Of a DNA stretch of 64,000 nt, positions 27,277 to 36,690 are shown piece after piece. The stretch spans positions 657,099 through 721,098 of the forward strand of contig JAWLHJ010000002.1 of the NCBI GenBank assembly GCA_041690395.1. The letters run 5' to 3'. The DNA comes from Longimicrobiales bacterium. GTDB lineage: Bacteria > Gemmatimonadota > Gemmatimonadetes > Longimicrobiales > Gaopeijiaceae. Numbering within the stretch: position 1 is the stretch's first letter; every line of letters starts with the position of its first letter. Made by a program: the position numbers and the translations under genes. Below the pieces are notes generated by a model. That model ran no database searches. It saw only the letters and a program-made list of their open reading frames with translations, and was not told the origin of the DNA.

Positions 27277-27615
27277 TCAGAGCAGCTTGGCGCCGAGCGG
27301 CACCTCGCGGTCGGGCACGCACAGCACCACCCTTCCCTCGGCGTCGTGGAAGCCCGTCACCAGGCACTCGGACATCATCGGACCGATCTGCTTCGGCGGG
27401 AAGTTGACCACGCCCACGACCAACCGGCCCTCGAGCTCTTCGGGCTCGTACAGGTCGGTGATCTGCGCGCTCGACCGGAGCTCCCCGATCTCGGGGCCGA
27501 AGTCGACGCGCAGCTTGTACGCAGGGCGCCGTGCCTCGGGGAAACGCTCGGCGCCGACAACGCGACCGACCCTGAGCTCGACCCGTTCGAAATCGTCCCA
27601 GCCGATCCGTTCCAT
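27277..27615 (-). CDS. csaA: tRNA-binding / secretion chaperone CsaA
   Basis: FPEARRPAYKL, SSAQITDLY, VNFPPKQIG, SECLVTG. Confidence 0.92.
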   Translation of the reverse strand: MERIGWDDFERVELRVGRVVGAERFPEARRPAYKLRVDFGPEIGELRSSAQITDLYEPEELEGRLVVGVVNFPPKQIGPMMSECLVTGFHDAEGRVVLCVPDREVPLGAKLL

Positions 27616-28970
27616 CAGACGCCTCGGAGTTGGACCGCGGCCGCCACCCGCTCGATCGCGACCACGAAGGCCGCCGTGCGCAGGGAGATGCGGCGCTCGG
27701 CCGCCGTGCGCGACACGTGGTCGTACGCGGCACCCATGATGCGGGTGAGCTCGGTATCTACGCGCTCCGCCGTCCAGCGGAACTGCTGCAGGTTCTGGAC
27801 CCACTCGAAGTAGCTGACCGTGACGCCCCCGGCGTTCGCGAGGATGTCCGGCACGACCGTGACGCCACGGTCCCGCAGCACCTCGTCGGCAACTGGCGTG
27901 GTCGGCGCGTTGGCGCCCTCGACGACGAGTCGGGCCCGGACGTCGGCCGCGTTGCCACCGTGGATCACCTCGCCGAGCGCCGCGGGCACGAGCACGTCGA
28001 CGTCCGACGTGATGAGCGTCTCGTTGTCGATGCGCTCGGCGCCCTCGTACTCCACCACGCTGCCCCCTGCCTCGACGATGGTCTTCAGCCGCGCCACGTC
28101 GAGGCCGTCGCCCATGAACACCCCGCCGTTCACGTCACTCACGGCGACCACCTTCGCGCCCATCTCCTGCAGGAAATGCGCACTCCAGCTCCCCACGTTG
28201 CCGAAGCCCTGAACCGCGATGGTCGCCCCCCCGAGCTCGAGCCCGAGGTCGGCCGCGGCCCTTCCCGTGATGGCCGCCACGCCCCGTCCGGTCGCGGAGT
28301 GGCGTCCGGGCGACCCCCCCACCTCGAGCGGCTTTCCGGTCACCACCGCGGGCGAGTACCCGTTGAACTTCGAGTACTCGTCGACGATCCATGCCATCAC
28401 CTGCGGATTCGTGTTGACGTCCGGCGCCGGGATGTCCTCGTTGGGCCCGATGAGATGATGGATCCGCTCGATGAACGTGCGGGTCACCCGCTCCACCTGA
28501 TCCTTGCGGAGCTGGTGTGGATCCAGGTCGATCCCGCCTTTCGCACCGCCGTACGGGATGTCGACGACGGCGGTCTTCCACGTCATCAGCGACGCCAGCG
28601 CGCGGGCCTCGTCGAGGTCGACGTCGGGGTGATACCGAAGCCCGCCCTTCATCGGGCCGCGGGCGTTGTTGTGCTGCACGCGGAAGCCGTGGAAGGTGCG
28701 GATCCGGCCGTCTTCCTCGAGTAGCGGGATCTCCACCCGGACCTCCCGGTACGGCGTCTTCAGCGCGACCTGCAGATATTCCGGCAGGTCGAGCACCCGC
28801 GCCGCCTTGTCGAACTGGAAGTTGACGGCCTCGAACGGCGTGAGATCCACCGGCGGGGCGACCTCCTCGCGGGGGGCGGCGCGCTCGGCCGTGCGGAGTG
28901 CGGCACGCTCGACGGCGCGCACCGTGGTCGCGGGGGCAGAGGTCCTGTCGTCGGTCGGGCTGTCGCTCAT
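27615..28970 (-). CDS. gdhA: Glu/Leu/Phe/Val (glutamate) dehydrogenase
   Basis: RGPMKGGLRY, GGAKGG, DIPAPD, QGFGNVG, EGANAP, ANAGGVTVSYFEW. Confidence 0.93.
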   Translation of the reverse strand: MSDSPTDDRTSAPATTVRAVERAALRTAERAAPREEVAPPVDLTPFEAVNFQFDKAARVLDLPEYLQVALKTPYREVRVEIPLLEEDGRIRTFHGFRVQHNNARGPMKGGLRYHPDVDLDEARALASLMTWKTAVVDIPYGGAKGGIDLDPHQLRKDQVERVTRTFIERIHHLIGPNEDIPAPDVNTNPQVMAWIVDEYSKFNGYSPAVVTGKPLEVGGSPGRHSATGRGVAAITGRAAADLGLELGGATIAVQGFGNVGSWSAHFLQEMGAKVVAVSDVNGGVFMGDGLDVARLKTIVEAGGSVVEYEGAERIDNETLITSDVDVLVPAALGEVIHGGNAADVRARLVVEGANAPTTPVADEVLRDRGVTVVPDILANAGGVTVSYFEWVQNLQQFRWTAERVDTELTRIMGAAYDHVSRTAAERRISLRTAAFVVAIERVAAAVQLRGV

Positions 28971-29016
28971 GGGGTGCTCCTTTGAGGGGCGCGTTTCCGG
29001 CAGGTCCTGGCGGGGC

Positions 29017-30027
29017 TCATGACACTTTCGCGGAACCGCCGCGTGGGGGCCAGCGTGGGACGGAGCGGGCCCGAACGCCCGTTCCGAGGGCGATCCCCAG
29101 GAGGATCAAAGCGCCGCCCGCGAGGGTCTGCGGCGGCGGGATCTCGGCGATGGCCGGTAGCAGCCAGGCGATCAGGGTGGCGCCGATGGGCTCTCCGAGC
29201 AGGAACAGGTTAGCGACGTAGGCCGGCACGTAGCGGATGGCGTAATTCACGCCCGTGTGTCCGAGCATCATCGGACCCGCGGCGAGGGCGAGGAAGACCA
29301 GCCAGTCACCGAGCGGAAAGCCGACCATCGGGCTCCCCGGCGTGACCGCGACGGCGGCGAGGAGGGCGACGGCCGCCACCCCGTACACCACCGCGACGTA
29401 GGCCCACAGGTCGAGCTTGCGCCGGAGCACCCGCCCGATGAGGTAGTAGCCCGCAACGAGCCACGCCGCGAGGAAGGCGAGCGCGTCACCGAAGAGCGCC
29501 CTCGGTCCGAGCGCGAAGTCGCCCCACCCCACCGTCATCGCCCCGGCCATGGCCACCGCGATGCCGAGCCACTGGCGGCGCGTCGGGCGCTCGGACAGGA
29601 GCACGGCCGAAAGCACCGCGACGATGAACGGCTGCAGGGACACGAGCACGACCGAGCTCGCCACGGTCGTGTAGCGCAGCGACGCGATCCAGCTCCAGAA
29701 GTGGCCCGCCAGAAGGAGCCCGCCCGTGACGGCCCATGCCCACTCGCGCCCGGTCAGCCGGGCTCCCTTCAGGACCGACCCGCGCGCCGCGAGAACGACG
29801 CCGATGAAGGCCATCGAGAAGACCATCCGCCACGCGGCCACCGACAGCGCGGGCGCCGTCGCGAGCCGCACGAGCGGACCCGCCCACGAGATCGCGGCGA
29901 CCGCGACGACGAGCGCGAGCCACGGCGAGACGGCGGGCGGCGGGACCGAGCCCGTGGGGTCGGCGGCGTCCGGCCGCTCGGGCGGCGGAGCGTGGTCGGG
30001 CGTCCGGGGGGCAGAGGGATCGTTCAC
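29017..30027 (-). CDS. DMT/EamA family transporter
   Basis: About 10 TM helices; HFWSWIASL, GDALA, LGHT, GEPIGA. Confidence 0.9.
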   Translation of the reverse strand: MNDPSAPRTPDHAPPPERPDAADPTGSVPPPAVSPWLALVVAVAAISWAGPLVRLATAPALSVAAWRMVFSMAFIGVVLAARGSVLKGARLTGREWAWAVTGGLLLAGHFWSWIASLRYTTVASSVVLVSLQPFIVAVLSAVLLSERPTRRQWLGIAVAMAGAMTVGWGDFALGPRALFGDALAFLAAWLVAGYYLIGRVLRRKLDLWAYVAVVYGVAAVALLAAVAVTPGSPMVGFPLGDWLVFLALAAGPMMLGHTGVNYAIRYVPAYVANLFLLGEPIGATLIAWLLPAIAEIPPPQTLAGGALILLGIALGTGVRARSVPRWPPRGGSAKVS

Positions 30028-30087
30028 GCGGACAACCTCGTCCGCACCGCGCGTGGCGGAAAGGGCCGGCCTCCGGGCCCCCGCTCC

Positions 30088-30807
30088 CTACCCTCCCGAG
30101 CCGACCGCCAGCCCCACGGACAGCGCCTGGCGATCTCCCAGCGCAGCCGACGCGCGTAGGACGAACCGCCGCGCCGCGTCGAGCGAGAGGTCGAGACCGA
30201 TATCGAGCGCCGGCCCGACGTCGAACTCGTCGGACGGCGCCTCGTCGCCGAGCCGCAGGTCGGCGGCGAGCCCGGCGTTCACGTACGGCGACAGCCAGAC
30301 CGAGCCGGACGTCCACGAAACCGCTCCGGTGAGCCCGACCGGGACCGTGACGAGGGCGTATTCGCCCACGCTCACGCCCAGGCCGCTCTGCCAGTCGAGG
30401 TCGAACGGCACGTCGGAGCGGCCGCGCAGCAGAGGTGCCTGCACGTCCACGCCCCCGAATCCGGCCGTGGTCCCACCCGCGCCGGTCCCCGCTCCACCGC
30501 GCAGACGGACGCCATCCGGCAGCCCGGGAAAGGCCCAGGTGACCAGCACGGCCTCGTCGTCGCCGGGGAGCGTCTCCGCGCGCACCCAATGGACGCCGAG
30601 GCCGCCCGACGCATGCGGCGAGACGAGCCTCGGCGTATCGGGCGCGAGCTGGGCATGCGCGGCCGTCGGCGCGGCCAGCCCGAGCAGGCTCCAGGTCACG
30701 ATGCCCCAGGTCACGATCCCCCACCTGACCAGGCGGCGCTGCGTCGGCCGGGCCAAGCCTGCTACCCAGCTCCGCCGCGCGAGGGCGGCACCACCGCGAG
30801 CGCGCAT
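30088..30807 (-). CDS. secreted putative small beta-barrel protein, paralogue of 43224-43820
   Basis: TGATG coupling to the upstream gene; signal peptide AHA-Q; amphipathic beta strands. Confidence 0.7.
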   Translation of the reverse strand: MRARGGAALARRSWVAGLARPTQRRLVRWGIVTWGIVTWSLLGLAAPTAAHAQLAPDTPRLVSPHASGGLGVHWVRAETLPGDDEAVLVTWAFPGLPDGVRLRGGAGTGAGGTTAGFGGVDVQAPLLRGRSDVPFDLDWQSGLGVSVGEYALVTVPVGLTGAVSWTSGSVWLSPYVNAGLAADLRLGDEAPSDEFDVGPALDIGLDLSLDAARRFVLRASAALGDRQALSVGLAVGSGG

Positions 30808-32039
30808 CAGTTGGGCGCCCTCACGCCGGGAGCGTCGTAGTCCCGGTCTCGCCCCATCACCGCACCGTGGAGGTCGAGGCCGGAGTTGTCGTGGACGGCC
30901 ACCCACTGCCGGATCGATCCGGGGAACGGCTCGGTGCGCCCGTTCCGGCCCAGGGGGTCCGTATACCAGATCTCCGGACCATCCGCGTTGCGGACGTTGT
31001 TGCCGTTGACGTCCACGAAGCGCCGCACGCCCTTGAACGGTGAGCGCGGATCGTCCCAGGAGACGACTTCGTCGGGAAGCCCTTCGCAGCGGTCGCGCCC
31101 CACCAGGTCCGGCTCGTAGCAGAGGTCGATCGGTCGGCCGAGCGCCCGCTCGAGCGCGGCATCGTAGTAACGGCTCGGATCGATGACCTGGTAGTACGGG
31201 TTGAACGACGCCAGCGTGCGCCCGTTCTCCCGGCGAAGGGAGGCGCTGATCTCCCAGCTCTCCTTCAGCGCCGAGTCGAAGCGGGGGCGCTCGCCGTCGG
31301 ACCCCAGCACGTGGGTGCCGACGCAGGCCGCGTCCGGTACCGCTCGCTTCCCTCCGCCGTTCGGCGAGATGGGGGGCACGGCGGTCCCGGCCGTGATGTG
31401 GCGCTCCCGGTCGCACGACGCGACCAGCTCGCCGGGCGTGCCGATGGGCGTCAGGAGCGTCGCGCTGAAGCCCGTCCCGTCCGTGCAACGGACGTGGTAG
31501 ACCACCTCGTGCAGGTTGTTCGTGAACGCGTCGGGCGAGTGCGTCCCCTGGTGCAGCTTGGTGAGCACGTCGCACCTCACGTCGAGCGTGGCCGTGCCGC
31601 TGTCCCCGATTCGCATGGGCATGTCGTTCTCCCATTCGATTTTGTGCCCGACGTGGTCTTCGTGCCGGTGCGCACCGAAGCCGCTCCGCTCCAGGTGCTC
31701 GTTGGCGTACCCGAAGGGAATCGGACCGACTTCGGCGAACAGGGCCGAGCCCGAGGGATCGCGTCCGTGCTCATGACCGAAGGTGCATCCCGTTCCGGGG
31801 TCGACCGCAGGATGCCAGGTCGGGTAACGGAGCCCGTCCGGTCCGACGACGTGGTAGCCGTCGTGGATCTCGGCCGAGCAGGTATCGGGGCCCGAAGGTG
31901 CCCACAGGCCGAGCGCCATGGCGTCACCCACGGCCTCCGGCTCCTCGAAGCGCGGCGCCGTCGCGTCGGCGGGGTCGCACGAGGCACCCGCCCAGACCAC
32001 GACCATGACGAGCCGCGCGCGCGTCATCCAACGAACCAT
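30807..32039 (-). CDS. His/Cys-rich exported (probable lipo)protein of unknown function
   Basis: GGAGGAG RBS before ATG 32039; hydrophobic leader plus Cys; YPTWHP, CTFGHEHGRDP, HRHEDHVGHK, HQGTHS. Confidence 0.8.
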   Translation of the reverse strand: MVRWMTRARLVMVVVWAGASCDPADATAPRFEEPEAVGDAMALGLWAPSGPDTCSAEIHDGYHVVGPDGLRYPTWHPAVDPGTGCTFGHEHGRDPSGSALFAEVGPIPFGYANEHLERSGFGAHRHEDHVGHKIEWENDMPMRIGDSGTATLDVRCDVLTKLHQGTHSPDAFTNNLHEVVYHVRCTDGTGFSATLLTPIGTPGELVASCDRERHITAGTAVPPISPNGGGKRAVPDAACVGTHVLGSDGERPRFDSALKESWEISASLRRENGRTLASFNPYYQVIDPSRYYDAALERALGRPIDLCYEPDLVGRDRCEGLPDEVVSWDDPRSPFKGVRRFVDVNGNNVRNADGPEIWYTDPLGRNGRTEPFPGSIRQWVAVHDNSGLDLHGAVMGRDRDYDAPGVRAPN

Positions 32040-32161
32040 CCCGAACTCCTCCGTCGCTCTCTGGCGACCGAATCGGGAGCCGGTGACCCATCGGGCCTGA
32101 CACGCTCCTCGTTCCTGTCTCCGGGCCGACCCGGCGGCCCGCAACACCACAACGAGTCCCG

Positions 32162-32788
32162 CTAACGCTTCCTGAGCTGGACCGCGAAGCGGAGCGAGCT
32201 GAGCCCCACGTCGCGCACCGCCGTCTCGCCGTCGTTCCGGATGGGCACGAACGCCGAGCCATCCAGCGAAACCACGTTCCCCACGACCCACGAGCCGAAC
32301 GCCGGGACGTCCCACCCGAGGCCCACGGTCACCCGCGGCGCGTCGTAGGACAGATCTCCGGCGCGGTACCCCGACCAGCCGAACCCGCCGAGCAGGTACA
32401 GACCCCGCGAGGGATCCGGCACCAGGTGAGCCACGATTCCCAGCCCGTAGAGCTTATCACGGACGCCTGCCTGCTCGTGCGTCCAGGCGGACAGCTCGAG
32501 ACCGACGCGGAGCTGATCCGCCCCGTACGCCCCCGCCGCAACCGTCAGCGCCGGCCCGATGTCGCGGGTGGGCTGACAGAGGTCACAGGTGAGGCGCGTG
32601 CCCGCGCCGCCGACCGTCAGACCGTACCAGACCGAAGAGCCGGCCGCGCCCGTGCCGGCCACCGCGGCCGCACGGTCACCCGCCTGAGCCGCCGCATCGA
32701 TCGGCGCCCCGGCGGTCGCCGCCACGAGGCAGACGCCCGCGAGGACGTGCCCGAGCTTCGACGAACGTGGGCTCCTCGAGTTTCGCAT
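32162..32788 (-). CDS. putative outer-membrane beta-barrel with CxxC loop
   Basis: Signal peptide AAA-Q; TCDLC; alternating beta-strand pattern such as GLYLLGGFGWSGY. Confidence 0.72.
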   Translation of the reverse strand: MRNSRSPRSSKLGHVLAGVCLVAATAGAPIDAAAQAGDRAAAVAGTGAAGSSVWYGLTVGGAGTRLTCDLCQPTRDIGPALTVAAGAYGADQLRVGLELSAWTHEQAGVRDKLYGLGIVAHLVPDPSRGLYLLGGFGWSGYRAGDLSYDAPRVTVGLGWDVPAFGSWVVGNVVSLDGSAFVPIRNDGETAVRDVGLSSLRFAVQLRKR

Positions 32789-32843
32789 GAGCGCTCCGTG
32801 ATCGGTCCGGCCGCCCCGGCTTGGACGGCGCCCGAGCCGGAAG

Positions 32844-32859
32844 AGCAAGCGGCGTGCCG
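32844..32859 (-). promoter_or_regulatory. sigma54 (-24/-12) promoter
   Basis: CGGCAC-GCCGC-TTGCT (GG-N10-GC) about 55 bp upstream of ATG 32788. Confidence 0.65.
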
Positions 32860-33154
32860 TGGGACGCGAGCATCGGCATTCAGCACTCGCGTGCCCGGAG
32901 GGGGGACGCAGCGTACGAGCCCCGCAAGACACTGTGGTCACGCCCCTTACGCGATGCACCGCACCCACCGGCTGCCACCGTGTAACACCGCGGCACGAAT
33001 GACCGCGGCCGGCCCATGCAGGCCGCCCGGTAGCGCCCGCCCTCACGCAGATTGCCACGACCGGGACGCCGTTGCCGACGACGCGACGCCGCGGTAGCCT
33101 ACGAGGGTTGGACCGAATCGCGCCCAGACGCTGAATCCCCCCCGGAGGTGCTCC

Positions 33155-34117
33155 GTGACTCGTGCCAGAATGGCGTACCTCGGGACGTTCGCGGCCTTGT
33201 TGGCCGCCATCGGCATGCAGGGGAGCACCGGCCCGGCGGCGACGCCGAGCGCCACGGAAGCGACCCTGGACGGCGCTCCCGACGCCGGAGCCACGGTTCC
33301 GATGGCCGAAGTGGCGCCGACCCCGGCGCCGGTGGTCGAGGCGCTCGACACGCCTCAGGTCGCGCTCGACGTTGCCGCGGAGGCCACCGTGGCGGCGCCC
33401 GAGCCGGAACGCCGATCCCGTCGCCGTTGGCGGAACCGCTACCCCGGCCCGATCCCTACGCCCGCCGACTGGCAGCCGCCCGAAGGCCCCGTCAAGATCG
33501 CGCTCCAGGCGGGGCACTGGCGCGCTCACGAAGCGCCCGACGAGCTCCGCGGGCTCCGGGACAACGGCACACGCTGGCGTGACGTCGCCGAGTGGGAGGC
33601 CAACCTCCGGATCGCCGAGCGCTCAGCGGAGATGCTGCGTGAGCTCGGCTACGAAGCGGAGGTCCTTCCAGCGGTGGTCCCCCCGGGATACCGGGCCCAC
33701 CTCTTCATCGCGATCCACGCCGACGGCGCCGGGGACCCGAGGGCGTCCGGCTACCGCGTGGCCGCGCCCCGACTCGACGCCACCGGGCGGGCGGCGGGCA
33801 TCGTCGCCTTGCTCGAGGAGAGCTACGGGGAGGAGACGGGTCTGCGTCGGCTTCCGACCGTGACGCGCCGGATGAGCAACTACTACGCGTTCAACTTCCG
33901 CCGGTACGAGCACGCCCTTCACCCCATGACGATCGCCGTCATTCTCGAGACCGGCTTCATCACGAGCGAGCGGGATCGCGCCGTGATCCTGTCCGACCCG
34001 GACCGCGCCGCCCGCGGCATCGTGACCGCGGTCACCCGCTTCCAGGAGACGCCCGCGCCTCTGGCGACGGCGGCCACCGATGGAACGGTGGCGGACGGGC
34101 CGGGTGGGGCACGTTAG
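33155..34117 (+). CDS. N-acetylmuramoyl-L-alanine amidase (Amidase_3)
   Basis: IALQAGH, EWEANL, FIAIHAD, ILETGF zinc ligands; signal peptide and Pro/Ala linker. Confidence 0.85.
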   Translation: MTRARMAYLGTFAALLAAIGMQGSTGPAATPSATEATLDGAPDAGATVPMAEVAPTPAPVVEALDTPQVALDVAAEATVAAPEPERRSRRRWRNRYPGPIPTPADWQPPEGPVKIALQAGHWRAHEAPDELRGLRDNGTRWRDVAEWEANLRIAERSAEMLRELGYEAEVLPAVVPPGYRAHLFIAIHADGAGDPRASGYRVAAPRLDATGRAAGIVALLEESYGEETGLRRLPTVTRRMSNYYAFNFRRYEHALHPMTIAVILETGFITSERDRAVILSDPDRAARGIVTAVTRFQETPAPLATAATDGTVADGPGGAR

Positions 34118-34124
34118 GTCGGCT

Positions 34125-35222
34125 GTGACCCACCTACCTGGCTCCCGAGCCCCGCGGCCCCGCCTCCGACCCCGCCTCGTAGCCGGGCTAATCGGCGCGG
34201 CCCTACTCACCTTCGCCGCTCTGCTCACCGGCCACGGCGACCTTTCGGCCCAGGAGGAAGCGCGACCCAGACCCCGCGTGGTCGTGATCACGACCGGAGG
34301 CACGATCGCGAGCCGGCCGGGCGGCTCGCTGGCCGGCGACAGCCTTGTCGCGGCCGTCCCCGAGGTGCTCGAGCACGCCGACGTGCGGGTGGAAGAGATC
34401 TACAGGATCGGCTCGTCGCAGATGACGCCCGGCCATTGGCTGACGCTGTCTCGCCGCGTCAACGAGCTCTTCCGGCGCGATCCGGGACTCGCGGGCATCG
34501 TGGTCACGCACGGCACGGACACGCTCGACGAGACCGCATTCTTCCTCAACCTCACGGTCCACGACACCCGTCCGGTCGTCGTCGTCGGTTCCATGCGGTC
34601 GGCCGACGCGATCTCCGCGGACGGCCCGGCGAACCTGCTCAACGCCGTGCGGGTGGCCGCGACCCCCGCCTCGGCGGGGCACGGCGTGCTGGTCGTCCTG
34701 AACGAGGATATCTCCGCCGCCCGGGACGTCTGGAAGACGCACAACCAGCGGGTCGACACCTTCCGGTCTCCCGAGCTCGGCTTCCTCGGGTATGTCGACC
34801 CCGACGCCGTGGTCTTCCACCGCAAGGCGCTCCGCCCGCACACGGTGGACAGCCCGTTCCGGGTCGACGACGTCCAGTCGCTTCCCGATGTCACCATCGT
34901 GGGCGACTACACGGGAGCCGACAGCCGCCAGATCCTCGACGCCGTCCGGGCGGAAGTGGACGGGCTGATCGTGACCACATTCGCGGGCGGTCGGATGAGC
35001 CCCGGTACCCGCGAGGGCGTGCGGAGGGCGGTGGAGGCCGGCATACCCGTCGTCCTCGCGTCGCGCGTCCCTGGCGGACGGATCGTCGGCCAGCCCGCAG
35101 AGCCGCTCGGAGCCGTGCTCGCCGCGGACCTTCCACCGCACAAGGCGCGCATCCTGCTCATGCTCGCGCTCCTCGAGACGACCGACGCGGACGCGCTCCA
35201 AGAGCTCTTCGCGACCTTCTGA
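34125..35222 (+). CDS. L-asparaginase (second copy)
   Basis: TTGGTIA, THGTDTLDETA, DGPANL, KARILL. Confidence 0.9.
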   Translation: MTHLPGSRAPRPRLRPRLVAGLIGAALLTFAALLTGHGDLSAQEEARPRPRVVVITTGGTIASRPGGSLAGDSLVAAVPEVLEHADVRVEEIYRIGSSQMTPGHWLTLSRRVNELFRRDPGLAGIVVTHGTDTLDETAFFLNLTVHDTRPVVVVGSMRSADAISADGPANLLNAVRVAATPASAGHGVLVVLNEDISAARDVWKTHNQRVDTFRSPELGFLGYVDPDAVVFHRKALRPHTVDSPFRVDDVQSLPDVTIVGDYTGADSRQILDAVRAEVDGLIVTTFAGGRMSPGTREGVRRAVEAGIPVVLASRVPGGRIVGQPAEPLGAVLAADLPPHKARILLMLALLETTDADALQELFATF

Positions 35223-35253
35223 CCATGCGCCCACCTCTCACCGGTGATCTCCG

Positions 35254-36072
35254 GTGAACGCCCGATCCTCGGCACCTTCGCTCTCACTGATCGTGAGCGC
35301 GTACAACCAGACCGACGTGCTGGCCAAGACCCTTCGCGGGATCGAGCTTCAGACGCAGTTCCCCGACGAGGTCCTCGTGGCTGACGACGGCTCGGGTCCG
35401 GCCACGCGCGCGATCATCGAAGCGTGGGCCGAGCACGCCCCCTTTCCGGTGCGCCATGTCTGGCACCCGGACGACGGTTTCCGGAAGACCGTCATCCTGA
35501 ACAAGACACTCGCGGACGTCCGGAGCGACTACGTCGTCTTCACCGACGCAGACTGCGTCCCGCACCCCGCATTCGTCGCCGACCATCGGCGACTGGCCGA
35601 GCGGGGCTTCTGGGTGCAGGGACGGCGCTGCTTCGTCCAGGAGCCGTTCGTGCCCGCGTTCGATCCGGAGGACATCCGGCTCGTCTCGTGGGCGCTCCGG
35701 GGACGGATCAAGCGGGCCGGCAAGGGCGTTCGGCTGACGCGGCCGATCGTCTTCCGCGACACGAAGCAGCGCGGGATCATCGGGTGCAACCTGGCGTGCT
35801 GGCGCGTCGACGCGGAGGTCGTGAACGGCTTCGACGAGGCCTACTCCGGATGGGGCATCGGAGAGGACTCGGACTTCGGATCGCGCCTCTACCACCTGGG
35901 CGTCCAGCGGAAGCTCGTCTACGGTCACGCCGTCGTCTTCCACTTGAACCACCCCATGCCGTCCCGGTCGCACCTGGAGGAGAGTCAGGCCCGCCTCGAG
36001 GAGACCTGGCGGACCGGGCGCGTGCGGTGCGCGGTCGGCCTCGACCAGTATCGCGACGGCGGGAGAAGCTGA
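35254..36072 (+). CDS. glycosyltransferase family 2
   Basis: VADDGS, WHPDDGFRK, FTDADC (DxD), NGFDE..GWG.GEDSD. Confidence 0.9.
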   Translation: MNARSSAPSLSLIVSAYNQTDVLAKTLRGIELQTQFPDEVLVADDGSGPATRAIIEAWAEHAPFPVRHVWHPDDGFRKTVILNKTLADVRSDYVVFTDADCVPHPAFVADHRRLAERGFWVQGRRCFVQEPFVPAFDPEDIRLVSWALRGRIKRAGKGVRLTRPIVFRDTKQRGIIGCNLACWRVDAEVVNGFDEAYSGWGIGEDSDFGSRLYHLGVQRKLVYGHAVVFHLNHPMPSRSHLEESQARLEETWRTGRVRCAVGLDQYRDGGRS

Positions 36073-36086
36073 CGCGTCCGGGCGCC

Positions 36087-36584
36087 TCAGTCGGCGATCA
36101 GGTCGATGACCTCCGCACGCACCTCCGCGCCTTCGACCCGCAGACGCCCGACCGTCACCGGCAGGTTGAAGCGGCGGGGTCCCGCGCTCCCGGGATTGAA
36201 GTAGAGGACGCCCCTCCGCTCCAGGATGGACGGTTCGTGGGTGTGCCCGTTGATCAGCACCCGGAAGCCGGCCGCGACCGGATCCAGGTCGAGCTCCTGA
36301 TGCCCGTGCATGAGATACGCGAGCGGGCCGCGTCCCTCGGTCGAGACACCGCCGTTCGGCGACGTGAGATCGACGACGTCGGTCTCCGGCAGGGCTTCCA
36401 CGACGGCGCCGACGTCGGTGTTGCCGCGCACGGCGCGCACCGGCGCGATCTCGGCGAGGCTCCGGATGATCGACATGTCGCCGACATCCCCGGCATGGAG
36501 GATGAGGTCGGAGCCCTGAAGCTCGGCGATGGCCTCCTCCCGGAGGAGGCCGTGTGTGTCCGATATGACTCCGATCACGCGCAT
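36087..36584 (-). CDS. YfcE-like metallophosphoesterase
   Basis: SDTH, HAGD, VRGNTD, GHTH, NPGSAG. Confidence 0.92.
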   Translation of the reverse strand: MRVIGVISDTHGLLREEAIAELQGSDLILHAGDVGDMSIIRSLAEIAPVRAVRGNTDVGAVVEALPETDVVDLTSPNGGVSTEGRGPLAYLMHGHQELDLDPVAAGFRVLINGHTHEPSILERRGVLYFNPGSAGPRRFNLPVTVGRLRVEGAEVRAEVIDLIAD

Positions 36585-36619
36585 GGGGGTGCGGCTCCGG
36601 TTGCCGTGGGGGCTCGGCG

Positions 36620-36635
36620 ATTGCGAATTTGCAAT
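36620..36635. promoter_or_regulatory. near-perfect palindrome between divergent genes
   Basis: ATTGCGAA/TTTGCAAT (1 mismatch), AT-rich. Confidence 0.4.
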
Positions 36636-36690
36636 GATATGCGACCGGGAGGCATTTCGGGAGGGTTGCTGCGACCGTGAGCGAGACCGC

